Shown here in pieces: positions 53,878 to 63,941 of a stretch of 64,000 nt of DNA. Every line of letters starts with the position of its first letter. The stretch's first letter is position 1. A program made the position numbers and the translations under genes. This DNA is from a virus: IMG/VR virus record IMGVR_UViG_3300034121_000527, positions 1 to 64,000 of that record. The stretch is one strand, 5' to 3'. Under the pieces are notes generated by a model. It saw only the letters and a program-made list of their open reading frames with translations. It was not told the DNA's origin and did not search any database.

Positions 53878-55102
53878 AATCTGATACCTCCTCAAATTCC
53901 ATAGTAGTCCAGTCCCACTTAACGTGTACTTCACCAGTAGGGGCTGTTCGGGCTAATACAACTCTAATGATTGCTTGGTCTTCCATATCTGGGTTTCGCT
54001 CAACACCAAGAATCAAGTCAGCGTCTTGCGCAAAAGATGAGGTGTAACCAATTGCATCTGCCGTAACCGCACGAGTCTTTTTATTGCCTAGCTTCCAAGA
54101 AAGAACCTGGGTAGTTGCAACCACAGGAATATCAAAACGCTGTGCAAGTCTTTTCAGAGATCTTGTGATGTTGGTTAGGGCTTGGGGGCTTCCCTTTGCT
54201 TCACCCTCCTCATCATCCATCAAGTACACACCATCAACAAACAACACGTCAGGTTGGTACTCCTGTACTTTTCCAGCAAGAGCTGTAACTGTTGTAAGTG
54301 ATGAGGTATCTTCACTGAAAACAAATGGATGCATGTTTTTGCGGATGCTCAGGGCTTTGCGGATCTTTACCATGTCATCGTTGTTTAAGTCACCTGACAA
54401 GATGCGGGTATACGGTACTTTGGAAATCAATGAGTCATACCGTGCTTCTTGTTCTTCAATGCTCATTTCAAAAGAAACAAAGAGTGGGCGCTTGCCGTGA
54501 ATGTGTGCAGAGTTGGCAAGGATCAAAGCAAACAAAGACTTACCACGCTTTGGTTCACCAGCAAACACAATGAATTGCTGTGGACGTAATCCGTGTGTAA
54601 TTTTGTCAAGACCATGAAAGCCAGTTGGAATACCACGAAGAGCGTTTGGAGTATTCCGCATTACCTCATAGCGGGCCATTCTGTTTTCCCAGTTTTGGAT
54701 AATGTCAATGTCTCTAAGGCGGGCAGCATCAACCGATGCTTTTTGTAAACCTACCGATAGAGCGGCCATTGCCTCTTCAAGGTTGTTTGCGTCAATCGCA
54801 GGAATTGCATGAGACAAAGAATCCATGATGGTTCTTCTTCTAAACCCTGCTACCACTTCTTCAATCAACCTAGAGAAAGTTTCTCCAGAGGCATCTTCTA
54901 ATGTGACATCTCCAAATTCTTGGTTGAACACACGTTCGGTAGGAACTGCACCATGAACGCGGTTGAATTCCAATAACCATGACCATATCTCAGGCCATGA
55001 ACCAGTAAAGTGGTCAACTTTCAAACCGGCTTTGATTGGGGTATTCAAGTCTTTTTCTTGAATGATTTTTGAAACTAGGTATAGCTCGCTGGAAGCCATC
55101 AT
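53846..55102 (-). CDS. dnaB: Replicative DnaB-like helicase
   Basis: PTGF..LD...G, GEPKRGKS, S.EM, VDG.YLM, QDAD. Confidence 0.92.
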   Translation of the reverse strand: MMASSELYLVSKIIQEKDLNTPIKAGLKVDHFTGSWPEIWSWLLEFNRVHGAVPTERVFNQEFGDVTLEDASGETFSRLIEEVVAGFRRRTIMDSLSHAIPAIDANNLEEAMAALSVGLQKASVDAARLRDIDIIQNWENRMARYEVMRNTPNALRGIPTGFHGLDKITHGLRPQQFIVFAGEPKRGKSLFALILANSAHIHGKRPLFVSFEMSIEEQEARYDSLISKVPYTRILSGDLNNDDMVKIRKALSIRKNMHPFVFSEDTSSLTTVTALAGKVQEYQPDVLFVDGVYLMDDEEGEAKGSPQALTNITRSLKRLAQRFDIPVVATTQVLSWKLGNKKTRAVTADAIGYTSSFAQDADLILGVERNPDMEDQAIIRVVLARTAPTGEVHVKWDWTTMEFEEVSDYDDHINPSFD

Positions 55103-55542
55103 ATTCTCCATGCAGTGTTTGGTTTAACAACGTGGGCTCTAAACCCTATCGTAAACGCTTCTTCGTCAGTTGATACATACACCGTTCGTATGCCTCTGTT
55201 GTATCGTAAATCTATTTCGTAATCTTTTGGTGAGTCGTACCACAACACTGTGGTACGGACTCCTTTACGTAGTAACCATTCGTAAATTGGATCAACTGCA
55301 TCGGGGTGCAGGAAGGTAATTACATCAGTACCAATTCCCAACCGATTAACGCAGTCAGCTAGGGAGCGTACAGCAAGATCATTTGGTTTCCACATTGGAA
55401 TTGCAGTTTCCCAATTATTTGCTCGTTCATAAAATTTGTACTTGGTCTTAGCTGTAATTCCTTCGGGAGGTGTTGCTAGGACACCCTCCCATATACAGGA
55501 TTGTCCAAGAATGGAATACTCTGCTATGTCACCACGTTCCAT
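55099..55542 (-). CDS. Hypothetical protein (HAD-like, replication cluster)
   Basis: M.RGDI...WEGVLA; coupled overlaps. Confidence 0.65.
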   Translation of the reverse strand: MERGDIAEYSILGQSCIWEGVLATPPEGITAKTKYKFYERANNWETAIPMWKPNDLAVRSLADCVNRLGIGTDVITFLHPDAVDPIYEWLLRKGVRTTVLWYDSPKDYEIDLRYNRGIRTVYVSTDEEAFTIGFRAHVVKPNTAWRI

Positions 55543-56150
55543 TAGGAAACCCTTATTTCAGTCATCTCTGTTGTGGATACCTTGACCCGATCACCATACC
55601 GACGATTGAAGTCCATAGTTCCTAGGGTTGTGGTAATAATCATTGATCGGGTGTCCTCATACCGTCTGCGGATAAGACTGCCAACTTCATGAGTTGAAAA
55701 GTCTGTTTCACGCTCTTGTCCCACTCCATCCAGTAGCACAACATCAAATACTCCTTGGATGTACTTAAGCAAGTATGGCATTGAGTACATCTCTGGAAGA
55801 AGACCACCATCTTGTTCAAACGTATCTTTGAGCATGTCTATGTATCGGTCACTGCTTACAAAACGGCCAGATGCACCGTTGCGCAAAACAAGTTCTTGAA
55901 GAACTGCTTGACCAACAATACTTTTTCCTGATCCAGTCTTGCCGTACAAAAACAAGCTGTCACCTTGCTGGTAGTTATTAACCCAGTTGGTAACTTCTTC
56001 AATACAGCGATCACTTACCGTAAGTGACTCTAACGACCATTCTGCCCAGCGTGTGGGAATTCGTGTATGGAATAAGCGCTCTTCAACAGAGCGGTTTCTC
56101 CACCACTTCTCTGATTTCCAATCAGTCGGAACCTGGAATGTCTGTGTCAT
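55542..56150 (-). CDS. DnaC/IstB-like ATPase (helicase loader)
   Basis: IP.R, LYGKTGSGKS, LLDGVGQE, RY...IITT. Confidence 0.85.
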   Translation of the reverse strand: MTQTFQVPTDWKSEKWWRNRSVEERLFHTRIPTRWAEWSLESLTVSDRCIEEVTNWVNNYQQGDSLFLYGKTGSGKSIVGQAVLQELVLRNGASGRFVSSDRYIDMLKDTFEQDGGLLPEMYSMPYLLKYIQGVFDVVLLDGVGQERETDFSTHEVGSLIRRRYEDTRSMIITTTLGTMDFNRRYGDRVKVSTTEMTEIRVS

Positions 56151-56337
56151 GATTCTCCGTGTAGTAGCCATTTTCAATTATGCTCCAAAAGTCTGAGTCA
56201 ATGGTTGAAGCTTCTGAGGTGCGCAACTCTAGCCACTCTTCAAACTCTTCGTGTGTTTCAAATGCGGTTGTGACCCAATTCACAAAACGTATTAGTTCTT
56301 CAAAACTTGTAAATGCAAACACTCCATCAATTTCCAT
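56122..56337 (-). CDS. Hypothetical protein
   Basis: GGAG SD; acidic. Confidence 0.55.
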   Translation of the reverse strand: MEIDGVFAFTSFEELIRFVNWVTTAFETHEEFEEWLELRTSEASTIDSDFWSIIENGYYTENHDTDIPGSD

Positions 56338-57577
56338 GGGTCACTCTCCGATAGTTGTAAATCGCTGAAACAATCGTATCAGCGGCGGGTCGGAGGGTGG
56401 TGCGAGTTTTTGCAAGCAGTTCTTTTGGAAGTGTGATACCAACAAGATCTTCCTGTAATTCTTTAAGGTCTGCCTCTTCTTCTCCAATATGCCACTTGAC
56501 CAGGGAGTTTAAAGAACTAATTTGGTTTCTAAACATCGATGATGAAAAGTCATCAGCTAGCTCGATAACTTGTGCTACTAGCTCTGGGTATCTATAGCAA
56601 ACATCCATTCCTGAGATAATGATAACCTTACGTAAGGATTCATCAGAAGCTTTATCCCAAGGTAAGTCCAGCCCCTCACGATTAAAATCATTGAGCATCA
56701 AACTTAGAATTGGGCTGGTGTTATCTAACACTGTGTCAAGTGTTTCCATTAATGATGCTTGAACACCTTTGCTAGAAAACATGAGCACTGGGGATTCTGC
56801 TCCACGCATACGGTCGGTGCTAAAGAACTTGTCAATCATCTGACGAACGGTTGTTCGTGAAACACCAGCGTCTAGTAGAAGCTTGATTGTTCTGCGGAGA
56901 ATGTTCATGTCCTGAAAAGAGTACGAACAAACCATTACTGATCTGGGATGGTACACAAAGTAACTAGCTAAATCGTTTACCTCTGGTCGAGGTTTACGTT
57001 TTACGGGTTCTTCAACCTTTGCTTTTTCATTTACGTCTGCGCCAAGAATCATATCCTCTACCTTATCACGAGGGCCATCGGCCTTCTTTACGGTTTTATT
57101 ACTATTACTCTCTATTATTACTATTTCTCTAGAGATCAGCGCTTTTGTTACCTGTGCTGGTGTTATGTTCATTTTGATAGGGTCATGGGTGACCCTATCA
57201 GGGGTAGTAGGTAGGGTCATGGGTGACCCTATTGAGGGTGTTGTGTTGGTGGTTGATAGGGTCATGGGTGACCCTATTGCTGGTTGTGTGTAGTTAATAA
57301 TGTAAGTGTTTGGTTTTGGTTTTTGTCGTAATTTTGTTGTGATTATTTGTTGCTCTGAGAGCCATTTGAGTGATCGTTTTACAGTTTCTTTTGAAGTGTA
57401 TGATGCATCAGCAATCTCTTGAATAGACGCCGAAACAGATTTGTTATGGATGTGCATCATTGAAACAAGGCATGTTAAAACCTGCAGATCGCGTGGTTGA
57501 CCATGCTTAAAAATGAGGGGCACTGCCCACTCAGGGACTGCTAAAAAGCGTCCACCAAAAACGTTACTGGTTCCCAT
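56327..57577 (-). CDS. Replication initiator (N-terminal wHTH, lambda O-like organisation)
   Basis: S...IA.....S.ETV.R.L..L...N.Y HTH; internal iterons; upstream of loader/DnaB/primase. Confidence 0.75.
   Translation of the reverse strand: MGTSNVFGGRFLAVPEWAVPLIFKHGQPRDLQVLTCLVSMMHIHNKSVSASIQEIADASYTSKETVKRSLKWLSEQQIITTKLRQKPKPNTYIINYTQPAIGSPMTLSTTNTTPSIGSPMTLPTTPDRVTHDPIKMNITPAQVTKALISREIVIIESNSNKTVKKADGPRDKVEDMILGADVNEKAKVEEPVKRKPRPEVNDLASYFVYHPRSVMVCSYSFQDMNILRRTIKLLLDAGVSRTTVRQMIDKFFSTDRMRGAESPVLMFSSKGVQASLMETLDTVLDNTSPILSLMLNDFNREGLDLPWDKASDESLRKVIIISGMDVCYRYPELVAQVIELADDFSSSMFRNQISSLNSLVKWHIGEEEADLKELQEDLVGITLPKELLAKTRTTLRPAADTIVSAIYNYRRVTHGN
57175..57277. repeat. Three palindromic iterons TAGGGTCA-TGGG-TGACCCTA (putative replication origin)
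   Basis: Copies at 57175-57200, 57212-57231, 57256-57277. Confidence 0.8.
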
Positions 57578-57667
57578 TGGACTAGTGATCATAGCCCACT
57601 CAAGTCACCTCCACAACCCCTCTTCAAAAATGATACGATTTGTGGTGGCAAATAACAAGGAGTTTTT

Positions 57668-58102
57668 ATGAAAGATTTAGCCAAGTCGCTCAAAGTGTTA
57701 GTGTCTGACGTAGTTACATTCTACTTTATGGCACATGGGTATCACTGGAATGTGGAGGGTCAGGACTTCAGCCAGTACCATTCATTGTTCTCGGAGATTT
57801 ACGAAGATGCATACGGGTCAATTGACCCAATTGCTGAAAACATTCGTAAGTTGGATGATTATGCTCCCTTTAGTCTTCAAAAATTCCTTGATCTAAGAAC
57901 TATTGATTTTAAAGATGTTCAACCTAATCCTAAGGCAATGGCCAAGTCATTGCTAACAGCAAATGATTCTTTGCTTGTATCTCTTAAAGATACCTTTGAA
58001 GCAGCTATGAAGGCCGACGAACAAGGTATTGCTAACTTCTTGTCAGAGCGTATTGACATGCACCAAAAATGGGCTTGGCAACTTCGAGCCTCAACCAAGT
58101 AA
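57668..58102 (+). CDS. dps: Dps / DNA starvation-protection ferritin
   Basis: H.YHWNV.G..F...H..F.E.Y...D..AE.IR, H.K.AW.L. Confidence 0.92.
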   Translation: MKDLAKSLKVLVSDVVTFYFMAHGYHWNVEGQDFSQYHSLFSEIYEDAYGSIDPIAENIRKLDDYAPFSLQKFLDLRTIDFKDVQPNPKAMAKSLLTANDSLLVSLKDTFEAAMKADEQGIANFLSERIDMHQKWAWQLRASTK

Positions 58103-58111
58103 GGAGCCAGC

Positions 58112-58411
58112 ATGGCAGAAAAAAAGAAAGCCCCAGCTAAAAAGACAGCCGCTTGGTCTCGTGCCGAGGGTAAAGACCCCAAGGGGGGTCTTAACGAAAA
58201 AGGACGCAAGTCCTATGAACGTGAGAACCCTGGTAGTGACCTTAAACCACCGGTAAAGAAAGAACAGGCCGCTAAGTCTGAGAAGTCAGCAGCGCGTCGT
58301 GATTCTTTCTGTGCGCGTATGGAAGGCATGAAGAAAAAGAACACTTCATCAAAAACAGCCAACGATCCTGACTCCCGTATTAACAAGTCCTTGCGGGCTT
58401 GGGATTGCTAA
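58112..58411 (+). CDS. DUF6321-like conserved basic phage protein
   Basis: AW.R.EGK...GGLN.KGR...LKPPV...RR.SFCARM...DP.SRINK.LR.W.C. Confidence 0.8.
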   Translation: MAEKKKAPAKKTAAWSRAEGKDPKGGLNEKGRKSYERENPGSDLKPPVKKEQAAKSEKSAARRDSFCARMEGMKKKNTSSKTANDPDSRINKSLRAWDC

Positions 58412-58412
58412 T

Positions 58413-58577
58413 ATGGCTGAAAAGAAAAAAGTATGGGAAACTAAAGACCCTACTAAGTCAGACAAAAAACTTACCCCTGATCAAAAAGCTAAGGCAAAAG
58501 CTTCTGCCAAAGCGGCTGGTCGTCCTTACCCTAATCTTATTGATAATATGAAAGTATCCAAGAAGGGAGGTAAGTAG
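58413..58577 (+). CDS. Small basic protein
   Basis: MAEKKKVWE...AKAAGRPYPNLIDNM. Confidence 0.65.
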   Translation: MAEKKKVWETKDPTKSDKKLTPDQKAKAKASAKAAGRPYPNLIDNMKVSKKGGK

Positions 58578-58578
58578 T

Positions 58579-58692
58579 ATGTGCACAGCATGTGGATGTG
58601 ATCTTAAGGACAAGAAGGACCCCGGCTATGGTAAGGGTCCTGCAAAGAAGAAAGCAGCACCAGCCAAGAAGGCAGCCCCTAAGAAAAAGTGA
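58579..58692 (+). CDS. Very small Lys/Ala-rich (histone-like tail) peptide
   Basis: GGAGG SD; MCTACGC...AKKKAAPAKKAAPKKK. Confidence 0.55.
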   Translation: MCTACGCDLKDKKDPGYGKGPAKKKAAPAKKAAPKKK

Positions 58693-58726
58693 ACTCATTA
58701 ATTTAGTAGTAGTTACTACTGAATAA

Positions 58727-58754
58727 CAAAAGGCCCCCGCAAGGGGGCCTTTTG
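58727..58754. terminator. Bidirectional terminator
   Basis: CAAAAGGCCCCC-GCAA-GGGGGCCTTTTG perfect hairpin between convergent genes. Confidence 0.9.
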
Positions 58755-58786
58755 CTTGGTTTGGGAACCGTATGTAAAGGACAATA

Positions 58787-59560
58787 TTACTCGTCCGATT
58801 GACTATCTACAACCAAATTCATAATCTTTTTCAAAAGATCTTTATTTACTCCAAAGCCAAGTTCAGTCCCGTCATTAAACAATAACAGGATTGATCCAAT
58901 TTCAATATCTTCTTTGACCTTGGTTGAACCAGTCAAAGCGTCAATTGCTTCCTCCTTGTTCTTTACCAGGAACCCAGCATTAGCTGCCATTCTTTTTACT
59001 GATGCAGCTGGCATAATTTCAAGAGTTTCTCTATCAAAGCTAGTTACATCTAAATCAAGAACCTTGTCCAGATGATCTTCCATTTCAGATACCTCTGTCA
59101 CTGACAGGGTTACTTCACTTTGTTCTGGTAGGTCAACCACAATAGGACACAACCCATTAGTAAGCTCTAATGATTCAAGACCACGGTTAATTGTACTGTT
59201 GGCAAGATTAAGTGAACGCTCAGGATTGATTTCATCCCACATGATAAGTGCAATACCAGGTTTGCAGTCAACCAAAAGGTCAATCACTGTAGAGTCTACA
59301 TCTTCTACTAGGGTCACATTTAAAGCATGGTTGCTCAATGCTTTTGGAAGTGGTCGTCCTTCCGAAGAAGCAACTACCTCATAGTCAATTTCATTATCAA
59401 GCATCCAGTCATAAACGCATTCCATTGATGGGGAAATTGTTTTTGAACCATACCAGGGGATCACAAAAGCGTGTTTTGCAATATCATTAAGTGAAGCGTT
59501 AATTACTTCTTTTGGAACACTAGCCCCGCCAAGAATTCCGTATGTATTTGTCTTTGCCAT
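58787..59560 (-). CDS. Hypothetical protein
   Basis: AGGAG SD before MAKTNTY. Confidence 0.7.
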   Translation of the reverse strand: MAKTNTYGILGGASVPKEVINASLNDIAKHAFVIPWYGSKTISPSMECVYDWMLDNEIDYEVVASSEGRPLPKALSNHALNVTLVEDVDSTVIDLLVDCKPGIALIMWDEINPERSLNLANSTINRGLESLELTNGLCPIVVDLPEQSEVTLSVTEVSEMEDHLDKVLDLDVTSFDRETLEIMPAASVKRMAANAGFLVKNKEEAIDALTGSTKVKEDIEIGSILLLFNDGTELGFGVNKDLLKKIMNLVVDSQSDE

Positions 59561-59567
59561 AACACTC

Positions 59568-59822
59568 CTATCGAAGACTCTTGCGGTGTGCAGCATCTCC
59601 ACTAAGAGTCAAAAGGCGGAGCGCTGAATGCACTGTACCAGATAAAGCTGCTATTGCAGCACCGGCTACAATAATATTATCAACATCAATAACTAGGCAC
59701 GCTAAATAAGATAGGGCTATTGAAGCCAATATTTTGACCCATGGCATTGCCTCTTTTGGAAGCAGCGAGTCAATAAGTTGTAGCACTTTATATACAGCTA
59801 ATGAAGCTATTAATAAGTTCAT
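59568..59822 (-). CDS. Small multi-TM membrane protein (holin-like)
   Basis: 2-3 hydrophobic helices, basic C-terminus; ATGA overlap. Confidence 0.6.
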   Translation of the reverse strand: MNLLIASLAVYKVLQLIDSLLPKEAMPWVKILASIALSYLACLVIDVDNIIVAGAAIAALSGTVHSALRLLTLSGDAAHRKSLR

Positions 59823-62041
59823 GTGTCTCCTGGTATCACGTCGTACGTAACAGCATACTTGTAGGTGGGTGTTTTTGAAATTACATTACTAGTGTTTTTG
59901 TAGTAACCATTACTATACAGCGTTCCAGATGTTAAGAGCTCTGGGACTGGCAAGATACTTTGAAGGAATCTAGAAACTACTTGTTGTGTCTTTTTCCAGT
60001 TTGTACTGTATACAGAGTATGAATTATCTTTTTCTCCAAGCCATCGATAATCTGAAATGCTTCCAGTACTTAAGCCACTTAATAACCAACCACCTTCAAC
60101 GGTATTTCCATCAAAGTAGGTTCCAATGTAGTCTCGCTCCAAAAGCGTGTAAGCAAAATCATTATAAGAAATGCTTTGTCCTTGAAAAACATTATAATAT
60201 TCAATAGATAAAGTTAACTGTCTATAACTAGTAACAGTGCTAGGTATTTCTAATCTCCAATATTTTGTTGAACCAAATACCTGAGGGGTAACATCAGTTA
60301 CAATTTCCCGCCCTACCGCCGTACCACCTGATGAATAAGCAACACCCGCGGTAAAATAAATAAAATAGAATTGTGTTGGACTGGAAGCAACAACCTGTGA
60401 TGTGTGATCATAATCACTTGGTGTTACCCCAGTTACTGCAACAGTCTGTCCAGTAACAAAACCGTGAGGTGTTGTTGTGTTGTAAGTTGTTGTACCATAG
60501 AATGAAGAGTAAGAAGCACTGGATATACTGATTTCTGGTGGATTAGCGGCACCACCAGCTGTCCAAAAGGAAACGGATTTAATAGCTCCCTGAACATCTT
60601 TTACCCCAGATACAGCACCAGGAACATTTATTGAAAAGTAAAAAGTTTCTCCACCAGTCGCATTTACATAACTGTATGATTTATAGGCTTTACCAGATGT
60701 TGAAAACGTTCCCGGGCTGTTGCCTTGTGCAATTGTTTTAAAACTTGTAGTACTCAGCACAATTACGGATTGTTTAGATTTATTGTATCCGCTTGGGCTT
60801 ACTCCAGTAATATCAACTAAATCACCATTAGTAAAGTTATGGGGAGTAGTAGTTGTATAAGTAAACGTTCCAGAAGATGCCGAGGAATACACAGCATTAC
60901 TGACTGCATAAGTAATACCACCTGTTTCAAGTATAGAAGTACCAGTAGTCCCTTCTGGGGAAAAATTAAGCCAACTTTGAGTTGTAGGTGTTGCGGAAGT
61001 TAGAACAGTACTTGGGGTGCCTCCATCTAGTGGAGGAGTTGTAAAAGCTGAAGTGCTAGCGTTCCCATTATCGTAAACAACCCCACCATAACTACTGGAG
61101 GGGTATCCTCCATCAATACCAGCGGCAACCCCATTAACAAACCGTGGATCTTTAAGTAAATTTACTCTCTCAGAGTAAACTTTTATAGTTTTGTTAGTTG
61201 AGTTAACCTCAACATTAGCACCACATATTGCCTCTAGATACTTTTCAATGGAACTTGGTGAACCGTTATTGCGTCTTGTAGTGCTCACTACCTTTAGTAA
61301 TTCTCGTAATCTCTGTGATCCCAAATCATTAGTTGTTACGGGTACACCCATATCTTGAGCCAAAAAATTAAGAGTTTCTTCGTTGCCTACAAAAGGATCT
61401 TTCATAGCCATACTAAAATCTAGTGTTGTACGAACTTTGTCAACTTCCCAACCAAATATTGATAGGTACTTTTTAAGATCCCCGGTATTATTCTCATCCT
61501 GATTTTGGTAGTACACAGGAATTTTTGAATATAAATCCTCAGTAGAACCATAGTCATTTGGGATTAATACCTCTAACTTTGCAACCTGTTCGTAGTAGTC
61601 ATCACCACTAGTTGATAGGTACCTAATAAACATTGTGTAATATGCCCAATCATCAGCAATACCCACATGTCTAAATTCCCCAATAGTTCTTGTATCCACT
61701 ATTCTTGTTCCCTCAGCAATAGTGTCTGGGCATCCAGTTGATGAGTACACAATATGCACAGAATAGGGCTTTGGAAGAGATGTAGCATCATACAATGTAA
61801 GCCCCCAACTAAGTACTACTGATTGGTAGTCATACGCATATGCTTCAAAAAATGCAGCGTTAGATAGTTTTCCACCTGCAGTTATCTGTGTATCAAGAAT
61901 TGGGGCTATCTGTACATCGTCACCTTTAATATATGTAGCAGAAGCACCGTGAGTAGACGCACCAAATGTAGCTGTATCATACTGCACATACGAACCACCA
62001 AATGACTGGGTGTCTCTTAGTATAAAAGATTTACGTGTCAT
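59819..62041 (-). CDS. Baseplate wedge / tail protein (P2 gpI-like domain plus duplicated YTTTTPH.F..G beta modules)
   Basis: L...IP.YY...D...L.KYL..FG...L..LA..G; follows baseplate J. Confidence 0.7.
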   Translation of the reverse strand: MTRKSFILRDTQSFGGSYVQYDTATFGASTHGASATYIKGDDVQIAPILDTQITAGGKLSNAAFFEAYAYDYQSVVLSWGLTLYDATSLPKPYSVHIVYSSTGCPDTIAEGTRIVDTRTIGEFRHVGIADDWAYYTMFIRYLSTSGDDYYEQVAKLEVLIPNDYGSTEDLYSKIPVYYQNQDENNTGDLKKYLSIFGWEVDKVRTTLDFSMAMKDPFVGNEETLNFLAQDMGVPVTTNDLGSQRLRELLKVVSTTRRNNGSPSSIEKYLEAICGANVEVNSTNKTIKVYSERVNLLKDPRFVNGVAAGIDGGYPSSSYGGVVYDNGNASTSAFTTPPLDGGTPSTVLTSATPTTQSWLNFSPEGTTGTSILETGGITYAVSNAVYSSASSGTFTYTTTTPHNFTNGDLVDITGVSPSGYNKSKQSVIVLSTTSFKTIAQGNSPGTFSTSGKAYKSYSYVNATGGETFYFSINVPGAVSGVKDVQGAIKSVSFWTAGGAANPPEISISSASYSSFYGTTTYNTTTPHGFVTGQTVAVTGVTPSDYDHTSQVVASSPTQFYFIYFTAGVAYSSGGTAVGREIVTDVTPQVFGSTKYWRLEIPSTVTSYRQLTLSIEYYNVFQGQSISYNDFAYTLLERDYIGTYFDGNTVEGGWLLSGLSTGSISDYRWLGEKDNSYSVYSTNWKKTQQVVSRFLQSILPVPELLTSGTLYSNGYYKNTSNVISKTPTYKYAVTYDVIPGDT

Positions 62042-62048
62042 GTTTTTA

Positions 62049-63521
62049 CTACACGCTCATTCCTGAAAGCATAGTTACCCCTATATTTCCTTTTCTTAAA
62101 ACACTAGCTGGGTCTAAGGTAGTAACTATGTTCCCAGAAGCAGCAGCAGAACTTCTCATTTCAAATGCAGTTATATCTATGTAGTCTATCCCATCCAATG
62201 CCATTACAGTTTTGTATACTTCTGACTTTCTAAGTTGTTTACCAAAATCAGTATTATCAAAATCTAGCAAACCATTAATTGCGTTTTTTACATTTGTTTC
62301 AACCCAACTTCTCACAAAACCATCAGACACAGTAACAGTTATGTCTATATCTAATCTAACTACAGGGATTGAAGATACTGCAACTGGGGTGACACCTAAC
62401 ATAGATCTTGGGGTTACAAACGATAATATTGAAGTTCTTAAAGCAGCAGGAACAGCTATTGAGTACCCAGTCATTGTTAAGAAATCGCTAGTGTATGGAA
62501 GTGCATAAAGGTTTACTGATGCGTTTGCACCTGACGTTGGGGTGTACGTTGCAACAGCTTTATAAACCCCATTAACCGATTTAGTAAGATCAGCGTAATC
62601 AACAAGAGTTACGGCCCTATCCTGTGTACGCATGTACGAAACAATATTGGTTTTAAGAGTTTCTGCGGTTTCTCCGTTACTACCACCAGTAGCCGAAGTT
62701 GAGCCGTTTATTGTAATGTACGAAGGAGTGCTACTAACAAAACTATTTATTAAATTACTACCAATGTTTCCATTTACTCCAGAACTTCTAGTGTAGTTAA
62801 TTGTAATAGTTGACCCGGATGGAGGAATAAAACCATTTGTACGGTTACCAAAAGTAACACGTACATCACCAGACGCAGCCAAAGAAACAACAAACCCTCT
62901 AGCATTTTTAGGGATTTCCTGCACAGATGCGTACCTTAACCATAAGGTTTTAACGCCATCCTCAGTCACGTACACCGAAGTTGTTTTCATATCTGCGTCT
63001 GAATACCCAATAAGGTACGACTGGTTTGGGGCCCCACTTGCTGAAGTAGACAGTACTTCATCAACAATCTTAGTTCCTTCAAAAAGGTTAACCGCAGCAC
63101 TAACACTTGGCCCAACTGTAGCATCATCTATATTATAAAAATAATAAATTTTATTGTCTGATACTGCAGAAAACTTAGTTCCTGCGGGAATGCTATATGT
63201 ACTTGCAGAAGAGCTATTTGATATGTAAACAGTTGCCATTGCTGAAGCCCTACCACTAGGTACATACCCAAACATATTTGCGTACGCAACAAGGCTTTCT
63301 CTTTGTGTAGCAGTACTTATGAAAGATTCACGCCCAGCTCTATCCACATAATAATGTAGGATGTCCCCCATATAAGACCATAAGTCCACAAATAACATAC
63401 CAAAGTCAGAAGGATCACGGTCGGTCCATTCTGGGGACACTTTATTTGCCCTAGTCAATAGGTCTTGACGGATGGTTGAGTATGTCCTACTTGCGTAGTT
63501 AAATGTTTGTTCAGTTGCCAT
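62049..63521 (-). CDS. Baseplate wedge protein (gpJ / T4 gp6-like)
   Basis: Y..R.Y..IR..L...WTD...SDFG, IP.GT, G.PNQ, GG...E, RAVT..DY. Confidence 0.88.
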   Translation of the reverse strand: MATEQTFNYASRTYSTIRQDLLTRANKVSPEWTDRDPSDFGMLFVDLWSYMGDILHYYVDRAGRESFISTATQRESLVAYANMFGYVPSGRASAMATVYISNSSSASTYSIPAGTKFSAVSDNKIYYFYNIDDATVGPSVSAAVNLFEGTKIVDEVLSTSASGAPNQSYLIGYSDADMKTTSVYVTEDGVKTLWLRYASVQEIPKNARGFVVSLAASGDVRVTFGNRTNGFIPPSGSTITINYTRSSGVNGNIGSNLINSFVSSTPSYITINGSTSATGGSNGETAETLKTNIVSYMRTQDRAVTLVDYADLTKSVNGVYKAVATYTPTSGANASVNLYALPYTSDFLTMTGYSIAVPAALRTSILSFVTPRSMLGVTPVAVSSIPVVRLDIDITVTVSDGFVRSWVETNVKNAINGLLDFDNTDFGKQLRKSEVYKTVMALDGIDYIDITAFEMRSSAAASGNIVTTLDPASVLRKGNIGVTMLSGMSV

Positions 63522-63529
63522 TTTTCACC

Positions 63530-63928
63530 TTACACAATCGTATCTTCAGTAATTAAACCAGGAACAGCTATCTTTATATTGCTTCTTTGTACAACGCCCA
63601 GAGGGAGACGGTATGTAACGTACACGTTAAGTGTAGGATCAGAGTTTGTTATAGATGAGGCATCAAACCACATATCTAGTATAGTCGCATTTTTTATACC
63701 ATCTTCAAGATCCATTAAAGCATCAATCTTAGCGTCAATTAACATTAGGTCATCTGGGATCTCATTAATTAAGGATGCAACTGTACTTCCATAACTAGGG
63801 TTTAGGATTCTTTCTAGTTTTTGTGTATTTAATACATTCTCTATTTTTTGGTTTATAACAGTAGAAACATCTTTAGTTGCTGATACTTTTCCACCAACAA
63901 AAGTGAAGGGTGTTTTAATTGCTTTCAT
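63530..63928 (-). CDS. Baseplate wedge gp25/GPW-like protein
   Basis: Q.I..VL.T...ER...P.YGS. Confidence 0.85.
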   Translation of the reverse strand: MKAIKTPFTFVGGKVSATKDVSTVINQKIENVLNTQKLERILNPSYGSTVASLINEIPDDLMLIDAKIDALMDLEDGIKNATILDMWFDASSITNSDPTLNVYVTYRLPLGVVQRSNIKIAVPGLITEDTIV

Positions 63929-63941
63929 AGAATCCTCCTAA

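Noticed and set aside
45842-55102. Inteins or introns in polA, recA, dnaB
   Set aside because: ORFs are continuous and of normal length; no C/S...HN splice motifs or embedded endonuclease seen.
57175-57277. Palindromic repeats as a mini-CRISPR array
   Set aside because: Spacers are short and unequal, and the repeats lie in-frame within a CDS.
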